Position numbers and translations under genes: made by a program. Below, one piece after another: positions 1 through 8,582 of a stretch of DNA of 64,000 bases. The notes beneath the pieces were generated by a model. The model saw only the letters and a list, made by a program, of their open reading frames with translations. It had not been told where the DNA came from and did not search any database. How positions within the stretch are numbered: position 1 is the stretch's first letter; each line of letters starts with the position of its first letter. This stretch comes from Burkholderiales bacterium. GTDB lineage: Bacteria; Pseudomonadota; Gammaproteobacteria; Burkholderiales; JACQAP01. The DNA lies in the NCBI GenBank assembly GCA_046590325.1, contig JBKJUC010000107.1, forward strand, positions 8,602 to 72,601, read 5' to 3'.

Positions 1-634
1 AATACACGGATGGGAAGCGCACGGTCTCGACACCGATCACCTGCGCAGCCGGACTGATGCCTTTCACCGCGATCGCGATGCCGGAGATCATACCGCCACC
101 GCCAACCGGCACCAGCAGGACGTCAAGATCGGGCTGCGCCGCCATCATCTCAAGCCCGATGGTGCCCTGGCCGGCGATGACCTGTTCGTCATCATAGGGA
201 TGCACCAGCATCAGGCGCCTCTTCTCCATAACTTCGAGCGCGCGCACCTTGGCTTCGTCGAAATTCTCGCCATGCAGGATGACCTCGGCGCCAAAAGCCC
301 GCGTCTGCTCCACCTTGACGTTTGGCGTGAAGCGCGGCATCACGATCACGGCAGGGATGCCCAGGCGTTTCGCATGGTAGGCCACGCCTTGCGCATGGTT
401 TCCCGCCGATACGGCGATCACGCCCGCCTTGCGCTGGCCTTCGCTCAGGGACAACAACTTGTTGAGGGCACCGCGTTCCTTGAAGGAGGCCGTGAACTGG
501 AGGTTCTCAAACTTGAGGAAGACCTGCGCGCCGGAGATTTCGGAAAGCGTGCGCGACAGGAGGCAGGGCGTGACAATGATCGCGCCGTCGATGACCGCCG
601 CTGCGGTGCGAATATCCTGTAAGGAAACTGGCAT
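1..634 (-). CDS. threonine/serine dehydratase (PLP fold-type II), N-terminal part; the gene runs off the window start
   Basis: Manual reverse translation from ATG (rc of 632-634): MPVSLQDIRTAAAVIDGAIIVTPC...SFKERGALN...SAGNHAQGVAYHAKRLGIPAVIVMP. It carries the PLP-lysine SFKxRGA motif and a GNHAQG motif. Not in the ORF track because it is truncated by the window edge. Confidence 0.8.
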   Translation of the reverse strand, partial: MPVSLQDIRTAAAVIDGAIIVTPCLLSRTLSEISGAQVFLKFENLQFTASFKERGALNKLLSLSEGQRKAGVIAVSAGNHAQGVAYHAKRLGIPAVIVMPRFTPNVKVEQTRAFGAEVILHGENFDEAKVRALEVMEKRRLMLVHPYDDEQVIAGQGTIGLEMMAAQPDLDVLLVPVGGGGMISGIAIAVKGISPAAQVIGVETVRFPSVY

Positions 635-804
635 TCTTGTGGGGAATCTGCTCCGATGGAAATCTAGTCCGACTGTCGCTTACAGGCAACAAAACGCGCG
701 GATCATACGCCAAACCAAAATAACCGTCCGCCTGCCACCTCTCCAGAGAATGGTCACCTTTTTTCACTACGCCCCGGCGCAAGGAACATTAGAATGATGT
801 CCAC

Positions 805-2202
805 GTGACGACGAACCGCTACTCCAACGCAATCCTTGACCGCCTGGTGCAGGTACGCCGAGATGAAATTGCGGCCATGCTGTGGTCATTCGCGTATTTT
901 TTCTGCCTGCTGTGCGGTTACTACATCCTGCGGCCGGTGCGGGACGAAATGGGCATCCAGGGGGGCGTGGACAACCTGGCGCGGATGTTCACGTTTACCT
1001 TTCTCGCCATGCTCGCAGCCGTGCCGCTGTTCGGCTGGCTTTCGGCGCGCTTCCCCCGCCGCAGGCTGCTGCCGTTTATCTACCTGTTCTTCGTCGCGAA
1101 CCTGCTGGTGTTCTACGCGCTGCTCAAATTCGGGATCGCGCCGGAGTATACCGCGCAGGCATTCTTTGTCTGGGTCAGCGTGTTCAACCTGTTCGTGGTC
1201 TCGGTGTTCTGGAGCCTCATGGCCGACCTGTTCCGCAACGAACAGGCGCGCAGGCTATACGGATTCATCTCGGCCGGCGGCACGCTCGGCGCGCTGGCCG
1301 GACCTTCGATAACCGCAGCCCTTGCCGTAGACATCGGCCCGGCCAACCTGCTGCCGGTTTCCGCCTGCCTTTTGCTCATGGCCACGCTCTGCATCTATCG
1401 CCTCGGCGCCTGGGCGACGGGCAACCGACGCAGCGCGGCCGGCGATCCCTTGGGCGGCGGCATATTCGCCGGCATCACCCTGGCATTGAAGTCGCCCTAT
1501 TTGATGGGCATCGCGCTGTATGTGATTCTGGGCACGGTGCTCGGTACCTTCCTGTATTTCCATCAGGCCTACATCGTAGCCGACCAGATTGCCTCGTCCG
1601 GCGAACGCACCGCGCTGTTCGCGAAAATCGACCTCGCCGTGAATGCACTGACGCTGTTCTGCCAATTGTTCGTAGTGAACCGTCTGATCGGGCGCTTCGG
1701 CGTCGGCGTCGCCCTGATGCTGCTGCCCGTCGTCGCCATCGCCGGCTTCGTGGTCATAGGATTTTTCCCCACCCTGGGGGTGCTGATCGCCTTCCAGGTC
1801 CTGCGCCGTGCCGGGGAATACGCCATCAGCCGCCCCGCCCGGGAAATCCTGTTCACGGTGCTGAACCGCGAGGAGAAATATAAATCGAAGAATTTCATCG
1901 ACACCGTCGTGTTCCGCGGCGGCGATGCGATTAGCGGCTGGCTGTTCGAGGGGTTGCGCCTGGTCGGCCTCGGATTCGCCGGCGTCGCCTTTGCCGCCGT
2001 GCCGATCGCCATGCTGTGGGTCGGCACCGGCTGGATGCTGGGCCGCAGTCAGGAAGAAAAGCGCGCCAGGCTGGAATACCTGAGGAGAAAGCATGAGACC
2101 GCATCGGCGAAATCCGAATCTGAGAAATCCGCGCCGCCGCTCGATGCTGAAGGCGCTGGCGGCGGCATCGTTGACGGGGCTGGCCAGCCTGTCGCTCGCT
2201 GA
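805..2202 (+). CDS. multi-pass membrane transporter, MFS / ATP:ADP-antiporter-like (NTT/TLC-like) family
   Basis: 465-aa ORF with many hydrophobic segments. The N-terminal YYILRPVRDEMG motif is typical of Npt1/Npt2-like MFS transporters. The GTG start at 805 is uncertain. Confidence 0.6.
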   Translation: MTTNRYSNAILDRLVQVRRDEIAAMLWSFAYFFCLLCGYYILRPVRDEMGIQGGVDNLARMFTFTFLAMLAAVPLFGWLSARFPRRRLLPFIYLFFVANLLVFYALLKFGIAPEYTAQAFFVWVSVFNLFVVSVFWSLMADLFRNEQARRLYGFISAGGTLGALAGPSITAALAVDIGPANLLPVSACLLLMATLCIYRLGAWATGNRRSAAGDPLGGGIFAGITLALKSPYLMGIALYVILGTVLGTFLYFHQAYIVADQIASSGERTALFAKIDLAVNALTLFCQLFVVNRLIGRFGVGVALMLLPVVAIAGFVVIGFFPTLGVLIAFQVLRRAGEYAISRPAREILFTVLNREEKYKSKNFIDTVVFRGGDAISGWLFEGLRLVGLGFAGVAFAAVPIAMLWVGTGWMLGRSQEEKRARLEYLRRKHETASAKSESEKSAPPLDAEGAGGGIVDGAGQPVAR

Positions 2203-3043
2203 GTCCGGCGCCTTCAAGGTGGGCAAACGTCCGATCCCCCGCAGCGGCGAGATGCTGCCCATGGTGGGCCTCGGCACTTACCAGGCGTTCGGCGTGGGAC
2301 AGGATCGCAGCGAACGCGACCCGCTGAAGGAAGTGCTGCGCCTGTTCGTCGACCACGGTGGCGCGCTGGTGGACAGTTCGCCGATGTACGGCACGGCAGA
2401 AGCCGTGGTCGGCGACCTGGCCGTCGAACAAGGCCTGACATCGAAGCTTTTCATGGCGACCAAGGTCTGGACCACCGGTCGCGACGCGGGCATTCGCCAG
2501 ATGGAAGAATCGATGCAGCGCATGAAAGTCACGCGCATGGACCTGATGCAGATCCATAACCTGCAGGACTGGAAAACCCACGCAAAGACCCTGAAGGAAT
2601 GGAAAGCGGCCGGCAGGATCCGCTACACGGGACTCACGCACTACCATTCCGGCGCCTACGGTGAACTCGAACGCCTGATCAAAACGAAGGACTTCGACTT
2701 CGTGCAGTTCAATTATTCGATATCGGAACGCGAAGCCGAGCAAAGCCTGTTACCGCTGGCGCAGGATACCGGGACCGCGGTCATCATCAACCGCCCGTTC
2801 GCGCAGGCCAGCCTGTTCTCGCGCGTACGCGGAAGGGAAGTACCCGCCTGGGCTGCGGAATTCGACTGCAAGTCGTGGGGACAGTTTTTCCTCAAGTACA
2901 TCCTGTCGCATCCGGCCGTGACCTGCGTCATTCCCGCCACCAGCAAGCCGCATCACCTGGTGGATAATATGGGGGCGGGCGTCGGGAAACTACCCAATGT
3001 CGCGATGAGGAAGAAGATGGCCGATTTCATGGATGGGCTGTAA
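2093..3043 (+). CDS. aldo/keto reductase with a twin-arginine (Tat) type signal peptide
   Basis: 316-aa ORF with an AKR-like body (GLGTYQAFG...SSPMYG...THY). The N-terminus RRRSMLKALAAASLTGLASLSLAES resembles the Tat motif. The start overlaps the upstream gene by 110 nt; an alternative ATG lies at 2144. Confidence 0.75.
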   Translation: MRPHRRNPNLRNPRRRSMLKALAAASLTGLASLSLAESGAFKVGKRPIPRSGEMLPMVGLGTYQAFGVGQDRSERDPLKEVLRLFVDHGGALVDSSPMYGTAEAVVGDLAVEQGLTSKLFMATKVWTTGRDAGIRQMEESMQRMKVTRMDLMQIHNLQDWKTHAKTLKEWKAAGRIRYTGLTHYHSGAYGELERLIKTKDFDFVQFNYSISEREAEQSLLPLAQDTGTAVIINRPFAQASLFSRVRGREVPAWAAEFDCKSWGQFFLKYILSHPAVTCVIPATSKPHHLVDNMGAGVGKLPNVAMRKKMADFMDGL

Positions 3044-3048
3044 CGAAA

Positions 3049-3140
3049 GCTGGGTGCTGGGTGCTGGGTGAAGGTCTTTCCAGGATCTGGGTTTCAGATT
3101 TCCCGATTTTTCTCAGCACCCAGTACACAGCACCCAGCAC
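3049..3140. repeat. hairpin with tandem-heptamer arms (GCTGGGT x3 facing inverted CACCCAG/TACACAG/CACCCAG), about 43-nt loop
   Basis: Read directly: gctgggtgctgggtgctgggtg at 3049-3070 and cagcacccagtacacagcacccagcac at 3114-3140. It sits between convergent genes. Confidence 0.85.
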
Positions 3141-3145
3141 TTCTT

Positions 3146-4339
3146 TTACAACAGTCCCCTCGCCGCCAGATTCCTCATCAGGTCAGCTACGCCAAAACTC
3201 CACGCCTCGACCTTGTCGCAGTAATTGACGCGGTTGACGAGCATGCCCAATTCGTCGGCCTGGATGCTGACGATGTCGCCAAGCTTGTGCGTGAAGCCCT
3301 TGCCCTTTTCGTCGCGGTCCTGGATTGGCGAGAACTGTGTTCCGAGGAACAGCATGGTTCCATCCGGATACTGGTGGCTGCGATTGACCGCTTGCCCAGC
3401 GAGGTCGAGCGGGTCGCGGCTGATGTTGGCGAGGTGGCTCTCGCCAGCCAGCTTGTAGCCTTCGGGGCCGGCGACTTCGACGTGAATGTGCGTTCGGCGC
3501 AGGTCGGCGATGCCGTAGCTCTCATCGAACAGCCGGATGAAAGGCCCGATCGCGCAACTGCCGTTGTTGTCTTTCGCTTTGCCTAGTAGCAAAGCGCTGC
3601 GGCCTTCGAAGTCGCGCAGGTTCACATCGTTGCCCAGCGACGCGCCCACGACCTTGCCGGCGCGATTGATCGCGAGCACGATTTCCGGCTCGGGATTGTT
3701 CCAGGAGGAGTCCGCGCGAATGCCGATTTCGGCACCGACGCCTACGGCCGACATGGGTTGTGACTTGTTGAACACCTCGGCATCGGGGCCGATACCGACT
3801 TCCAAGTATTGCGACCACAGATTACGGCGGATCAGCGACTCCTTGAGCTGCATGGCCTCCGGCGACCCCGGCTTGACGCCGCGGATCCCTCCGCCGATTT
3901 CGGCGCCGATCGACTTGCGGATCTCCTCTGCTTTGTTTGGATCGCCTTTGCAATGCTCCTCAATCACCCGCTCCACCATGCTGGAGACGAAGGTCACACC
4001 GCAGGCGCGTAGCGCCTGCAGATCACAGGGTGTCAGCAGGTAAGGCTTTTTCGGATCACGCCGGTCCGCATGGGAGTTCGCGATCAGGTCCGCGACGTTG
4101 CCGACCGCGCTTGCCCAGCCCGCCTTGATCGATTCGCGCACTAGCTGCACCGGATCGCGGCTGTTGACCAGTTCCGCGGAGGTCGGCACGACCTTCGACA
4201 GGTCCCAGGCCGTGCCGGAAAAAATTGCGATCGGGCTGGGCCCGCCCGGCTGCCCGCCGCGAGCCGGAATCCACGCCCGGCCCACCAGCGTTGCACGATC
4301 AGCATCGTTCGGAAGTATCTGTTGAACCGCGAGTTCCAT
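3146..4339 (-). CDS. fumarylacetoacetate hydrolase (FAH) family protein
   Basis: 397-aa ORF. The C-terminal half has a FAH-fold-like pattern (GASLGNDVNLRDFEGRSALLLGKAKDNNGSCAIGPF). The family call rests on recollection of long FAH proteins. Confidence 0.7.
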   Translation of the reverse strand: MELAVQQILPNDADRATLVGRAWIPARGGQPGGPSPIAIFSGTAWDLSKVVPTSAELVNSRDPVQLVRESIKAGWASAVGNVADLIANSHADRRDPKKPYLLTPCDLQALRACGVTFVSSMVERVIEEHCKGDPNKAEEIRKSIGAEIGGGIRGVKPGSPEAMQLKESLIRRNLWSQYLEVGIGPDAEVFNKSQPMSAVGVGAEIGIRADSSWNNPEPEIVLAINRAGKVVGASLGNDVNLRDFEGRSALLLGKAKDNNGSCAIGPFIRLFDESYGIADLRRTHIHVEVAGPEGYKLAGESHLANISRDPLDLAGQAVNRSHQYPDGTMLFLGTQFSPIQDRDEKGKGFTHKLGDIVSIQADELGMLVNRVNYCDKVEAWSFGVADLMRNLAARGLL

Positions 4340-4383
4340 TGCCTTGCCTCCCCCGGTTTATTCGGCCTTCTTGATGCGTTGAC

Positions 4384-4956
4384 TTATTCTGCTTTCTCGA
4401 TGAGAAAGAGGTTCTCCGGCGCGCAACCCGGCGTGCAAAGCACCACCCAGCCTTTGCGCTCGGAGCGCAAACCAAAATAAGCATCCAGTTCATGCCCAAG
4501 GTCATTGGTCGCCATCAGCTTGAGGATGCGAGCCGGCGCCGCCTGCTCGGGATACGTCGGAAGTTCCCTGGCGAATTTCTCGTGCAGCTTGCGTATTTCG
4601 GGCTCCGAAAGATCGACGGTTCTGAAGCCGGTGAAAAACCGCGGCCCGCCATGCCCCCACGACGCCTGGGGCGCATAGGCCGGAATGAAGGGACGATCGA
4701 AGTAGCTGCCGGGATAGCGCCAGGTCCAGCCCTCACTTGCGACGAGGCTCTGCCTCATGGGGTTACACTCTATCTGGGCGGAGCTGGCGACGGCCTCGGG
4801 CAGCGCCGTCGCAACGTTCGCGGCGGGATGCTCACAATCGATCACGGCGTAGCCTGGCTCGCCTTCGGTTTCGGAACCGGGCATGGCCGGAACCGCAGCA
4901 AGAAACAAAAGCAACCCCAAAGAGAGTCGAACGAACACGATGGATTTCCTCCGCAT
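4384..4956 (-). CDS. hypothetical secreted protein
   Basis: 190-aa ORF with a signal-peptide-like N-terminus MRRKSIVFVRLSLGLLLFLAAVPAMPG. No family recognised. Confidence 0.55.
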   Translation of the reverse strand: MRRKSIVFVRLSLGLLLFLAAVPAMPGSETEGEPGYAVIDCEHPAANVATALPEAVASSAQIECNPMRQSLVASEGWTWRYPGSYFDRPFIPAYAPQASWGHGGPRFFTGFRTVDLSEPEIRKLHEKFARELPTYPEQAAPARILKLMATNDLGHELDAYFGLRSERKGWVVLCTPGCAPENLFLIEKAE

Positions 4957-5028
4957 GGCTTGTGAACACCTGTTCGCAACGAATTATACAGACGCGAAGA
5001 CCGGTGACCCGGTACCCGCAACCGCCTG

Positions 5029-6426
5029 ATGCTTGACCGGTCGCTGATCTTCCTCGACCTCGAGACCACCGGCGCCTCCCCGTCGTTCGACCGCATCACG
5101 GAGATCGGGCTGGTGGAGGTCGATCGCGGGGAATTCATCGGCGAATGGAGCACGCTGGTCAATCCCGGCCGGGGTATCCCCACCAACATTCAGCAACTGA
5201 CCGGCATCACCGATGCGATGGTCGGGAATGCGCTCCCGTTCTCGGAACTGGCCGGGGCACTGCTCCGCCGGCTCGAGGGCAAGGTGCTGGTCGCCCACAA
5301 CGCGCGCTTCGACCACGGCTTTCTGAGCAGCGAGTTCCGCCGCGCCGGCATGCGCTACCAGCCGGAGATCCTGTGCACAGTCAAATTGTCCCGCAGGCTG
5401 TTCCCGCAGCATCCACGGCACAACCTGGACAGCGTTATCGAGCGCCATGGCCTGGTCTGCGACCGCCGCCATCGTGCCCTCGGGGATGCAAAGGTATTGT
5501 GGCAGTTCACGCAGGAAATCCATCTCGATCCCGGTCCGGACGCCGTGCGGGAAGCCGTCGCGATCTTGCTAAGGAAACCCGCTCTGCCGGCAAACCTCCC
5601 ACCGAACGCATTGGACGAGGTGCCTGAAGGCCCGGGAGCCTACGTGTTCTATGGCGCCAGCGATGCGCCGCTCTTCATCGGCAAGTCCATGAACCTGTCC
5701 AGCCGCGTCGTCTCCCACTTCAGCGGTGAATCCCGATCTACCCGGGACCGCAAGATGGCCGCCGAAGTGACCCGGGTGGAATGGTTCGCAGCGGCGGGAG
5801 AACTGGGCATGCTGATCAAAAAGGCCCAGCTCTTGCGGCGCCTCTCTCCTTCCCTGAACCGGCGTTCGCGGCAGATCGACGATCATTGCGCAATTCAGTG
5901 GGATGCGGTGGACGGGCCGAATCCGCCGATCCTGGTCGATACCGATGACCCCACGTTCTGGAACCGGCGGAGCCTTTACGGCCTGTTCCGTTCCCGTCGG
6001 GTGGCTGTGAATGCAATGCGGGAACTTGCCGATGCACACGGCTTGTGCCACATCGCCATCGGCATCGAACAGGGCAAAGGCCCCTGCCTCGGCCGCCGGC
6101 TGAATCGCTGCAGGGGTTTGTGCATCGGAGAGGAAAGCGCCATCGCGCACGCGATGCGCATGACCCAGTCACTGCAATCCCTGCGCATGCAGGAATGGCC
6201 ATTCCCGGGGCGCGTCGGCATTCGCGAACACGACTCCGTGGCAGGCCGCAGCGAGATCCACGTGCTCGATCGCTGGCGCCACCTGGGCAGTTATGATTCA
6301 CAGGCGAATCTTGAAGAAGCCCTGCTGGAACGGCAGGAGCCGTCGTTCGATTTCGACACCTACAACCTGTTGCGGAAATTCCTCAGGGATCTGCCGAGAG
6401 GGGTGGAGATTCTTAAATTGCGGTGA
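5029..6426 (+). CDS. DnaQ-like 3'-5' exonuclease fused to a GIY-YIG (UvrC/Cho-like) nuclease domain
   Basis: 465 aa. The N-terminus has the Exo I motif LIFLDLETTG and HNARFDHGFL. The middle has GIY-YIG-like GAYVFYGASDAPLFIGKSMNLSSRV. Confidence 0.8.
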   Translation: MLDRSLIFLDLETTGASPSFDRITEIGLVEVDRGEFIGEWSTLVNPGRGIPTNIQQLTGITDAMVGNALPFSELAGALLRRLEGKVLVAHNARFDHGFLSSEFRRAGMRYQPEILCTVKLSRRLFPQHPRHNLDSVIERHGLVCDRRHRALGDAKVLWQFTQEIHLDPGPDAVREAVAILLRKPALPANLPPNALDEVPEGPGAYVFYGASDAPLFIGKSMNLSSRVVSHFSGESRSTRDRKMAAEVTRVEWFAAAGELGMLIKKAQLLRRLSPSLNRRSRQIDDHCAIQWDAVDGPNPPILVDTDDPTFWNRRSLYGLFRSRRVAVNAMRELADAHGLCHIAIGIEQGKGPCLGRRLNRCRGLCIGEESAIAHAMRMTQSLQSLRMQEWPFPGRVGIREHDSVAGRSEIHVLDRWRHLGSYDSQANLEEALLERQEPSFDFDTYNLLRKFLRDLPRGVEILKLR

Positions 6427-6585
6427 TCGGTGATCGGTGATCGGTGATCGGTGATCGGTGATCGGTGATCGGTGATCGGTGATCGGTGATCGGCAAGGAT
6501 CAAATCGTCTTGCCCAACATCATGCAAGCGACCGCGTTCTTATTCATACCAATCACCAGTTACCAATTACCAATTACCAGTCACG
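6422..6585. repeat. hairpin with tandem-heptamer arms: GGTGATC x10 (perfect) facing 5-6 degenerate inverted units
   Basis: Ten perfect GGTGATC units span 6422-6491. The inverted units AATCACC AGTTACC AATTACC AATTACC AGTCACG span 6551-6585. The TGA stop of the upstream CDS (6424-6426) lies inside the first unit. The element sits between convergent genes. Confidence 0.9.
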
Positions 6586-6588
6586 GTC

Positions 6589-7374
6589 TTACCCTTGCCG
6601 GCTTAAAAAATCCGCCAGCGCATTGTTGAAGGCCTGCGGCTGCTCCAGGTTGGAGAGATGGGATGCCGACGGAATGATCACGAGTTCCGATCCGGGGATC
6701 GCATTCTGGATGGCCTGCGACATCACAACCGGCGTGCCGACATCCTGGTCGCCGACGATCACCTGAACGGGACATTTGATCCCGCCCAGCTTGTCGGTCA
6801 GGTTAATTTTCGGGATTGCGTGGCAGCATCCGATGTAGCCAGGTACGGGCGTATCGCGGATCATCTGCCCGACTCGCGCCATCGTCGGCTTGCTCGATTG
6901 GTAGAACGGCTCCGTGAACCAGCGCTGCAAGGTCGGCGCGACGAGCGGCTCCATCCCCTGTTCCGCCGCGATCTTGATGCGGCCTTCCCAAACGGGACCG
7001 GCCTCGGGCGGAACACGGCTCGATGTATCGCATAGCACCAGGCTGCTGAAGCGTCCCGGATGCCTGAGGGCGAACGTCATGCCGATCATGCCGCCCATCG
7101 ACAGGCCAACGTAGTGAGCTTTGGTCACGCCCAGCCCAACCAATAGTCCCAGCAGGTCGCCGGACAGCATGTCCAGTGTGTAGGCACCGTCCGGTGCGTC
7201 GCTGCCGCCGTGCCCGCGGGTGTCGAAGCGCAGGACGCGGTATTTTGCTTTCAGCAGCCGAACCTGTTCATCCCACATGGAGAGGTTGCAAGCCAGCGAA
7301 TGGCTCATAACCAGCCACGGACCCTCGCCTTCCACGACATAGTTCAGTGCCACGCCGTTGGTTTTTATTTTCAT
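6589..7374 (-). CDS. alpha/beta hydrolase, 3-oxoadipate enol-lactonase-like
   Basis: 261 aa with the nucleophile elbow GLSMGG and a HSLACNLSMWD...RFDTRGHGGSD pattern typical of PcaD-like lactonases. Confidence 0.75.
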   Translation of the reverse strand: MKIKTNGVALNYVVEGEGPWLVMSHSLACNLSMWDEQVRLLKAKYRVLRFDTRGHGGSDAPDGAYTLDMLSGDLLGLLVGLGVTKAHYVGLSMGGMIGMTFALRHPGRFSSLVLCDTSSRVPPEAGPVWEGRIKIAAEQGMEPLVAPTLQRWFTEPFYQSSKPTMARVGQMIRDTPVPGYIGCCHAIPKINLTDKLGGIKCPVQVIVGDQDVGTPVVMSQAIQNAIPGSELVIIPSASHLSNLEQPQAFNNALADFLSRQG

Positions 7375-7514
7375 GTCTACTCCGCTTTATCCATCGAAGT
7401 ATACGCCGGCGTTGCCGGCGACGATTACGCAGCGCCGGATTCGTCGTAACATTCGCTTTCCTGCGCGGCGTGCATTGCCGACTCGGGCATAAAAACAATC
7501 GAGGAGGAGAAATC

Positions 7515-8516
7515 TTGAGACTCGTTCAATTCAATGACCGCGCGGGCGGCCGCAAGCTTGCGATCGTCTCGGACGATGGCGACACACTGCAGCTGCTCTC
7601 GGGAATCGCCCATACCTACGATCTCGCGCAAGCGGCCGCGCGCGAAAAGACATCACTGGAAGCCGCGGCCCGCAAAAGGCTCGGTAAAGAAACCGAACGC
7701 TACGACGATGTGATCGCATCCCGCCGCCTGCTGCCGCCTCTGGACCACCCGGACCCCTACCGCTGCCTGATCACCGGCACCGGCCTGTCCCACCTCGGCA
7801 GCGCGGCCGCACGAGATTCCATGCATGCCAAGATCCAGAAGGACGAATCGGAGCTCACCGATTCCATGAAGATGTTCAAGTGGGGCGTGGAAGGCGGCAA
7901 GCCGGCTGCTGGAAAAATCGGCACCGCGCCGGAGTGGTTCTACAAGGGCGACGGACGCTGCGTAGTCGCACCGGAAGCCTCCCTGGAACTGCCCTGCTAT
8001 GCGCTGGACGGCGGCGAGGAAGTGGAAATCGTCGGCCTCTACATCATTGGCGACAGCGGCGAAGTCCTGCGCGTCGGCTTTGCGCTCGGCAACGAATATG
8101 CCGATCACGTGATGGAGCGCCAGAATTATCTTTACCTCGCCCACTCGAAGTTGCGCCAGTGCAGCTACGGGCCGGAGCTCCTGGTCGGCGAACTGCCGCG
8201 GTCGGTGTCGGGTCGCGCGCGGCTATGGCGTGACGGCAAGGAGATCTGGGCCGAAGACTGGTTGTCGGGCGACGAGAACATGTGCCATTCGATCGCCAAC
8301 CTGGAACACCATCATTTCAAGTACCGCGATTTTCGCCACCCCGGCGACGTGCACGTGCATTTCTTCGGCGCCGCGACCGGCAGCTTCACCAAGAAAATTG
8401 AAACGAAGGTGGGCGATGTGTTCGAGATTGCCGCCGCCGCTTTCGGCAAGCCCCTGCGCAACACTCTGGCCGCGGCAAAGGAACAAAATTCCCTTGTTAC
8501 CGTGCGAACACTCTAG
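7515..8516 (+). CDS. AraD1/GguC-like FAH-superfamily protein
   Basis: Start trimmed to TTG 7515, which follows the RBS GAGGAGGAG. The N-terminus LRLVQFNDRAGGRKLAIV, DHPDPYRCLITGTGLSHLGSAAARDSMH and a HHHFKY motif resemble the AraD1 family. Confidence 0.7.
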   Translation: MRLVQFNDRAGGRKLAIVSDDGDTLQLLSGIAHTYDLAQAAAREKTSLEAAARKRLGKETERYDDVIASRRLLPPLDHPDPYRCLITGTGLSHLGSAAARDSMHAKIQKDESELTDSMKMFKWGVEGGKPAAGKIGTAPEWFYKGDGRCVVAPEASLELPCYALDGGEEVEIVGLYIIGDSGEVLRVGFALGNEYADHVMERQNYLYLAHSKLRQCSYGPELLVGELPRSVSGRARLWRDGKEIWAEDWLSGDENMCHSIANLEHHHFKYRDFRHPGDVHVHFFGAATGSFTKKIETKVGDVFEIAAAAFGKPLRNTLAAAKEQNSLVTVRTL

Positions 8517-8537
8517 GCGTTACCCGAAAAACGGAAA

Positions 8538-8560
8538 GGGCCGCTTTGCGGCCCTTTTTT
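8538..8560. terminator. bidirectional rho-independent terminator
   Basis: Hairpin gggccgctttgcggccc followed by T6, with an A-rich tract on the other side. It sits between convergent genes. Confidence 0.75.
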
Positions 8561-8582
8561 ATTCCTCCGAGTCGCGCACTCG

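Noticed and set aside
6422-6491. Possible CRISPR array, suggested by regular repeats.
   Set aside because: The units are contiguous 7-mers with no spacers, and no cas genes are present in the window. This is a simple tandem repeat forming one arm of a hairpin.
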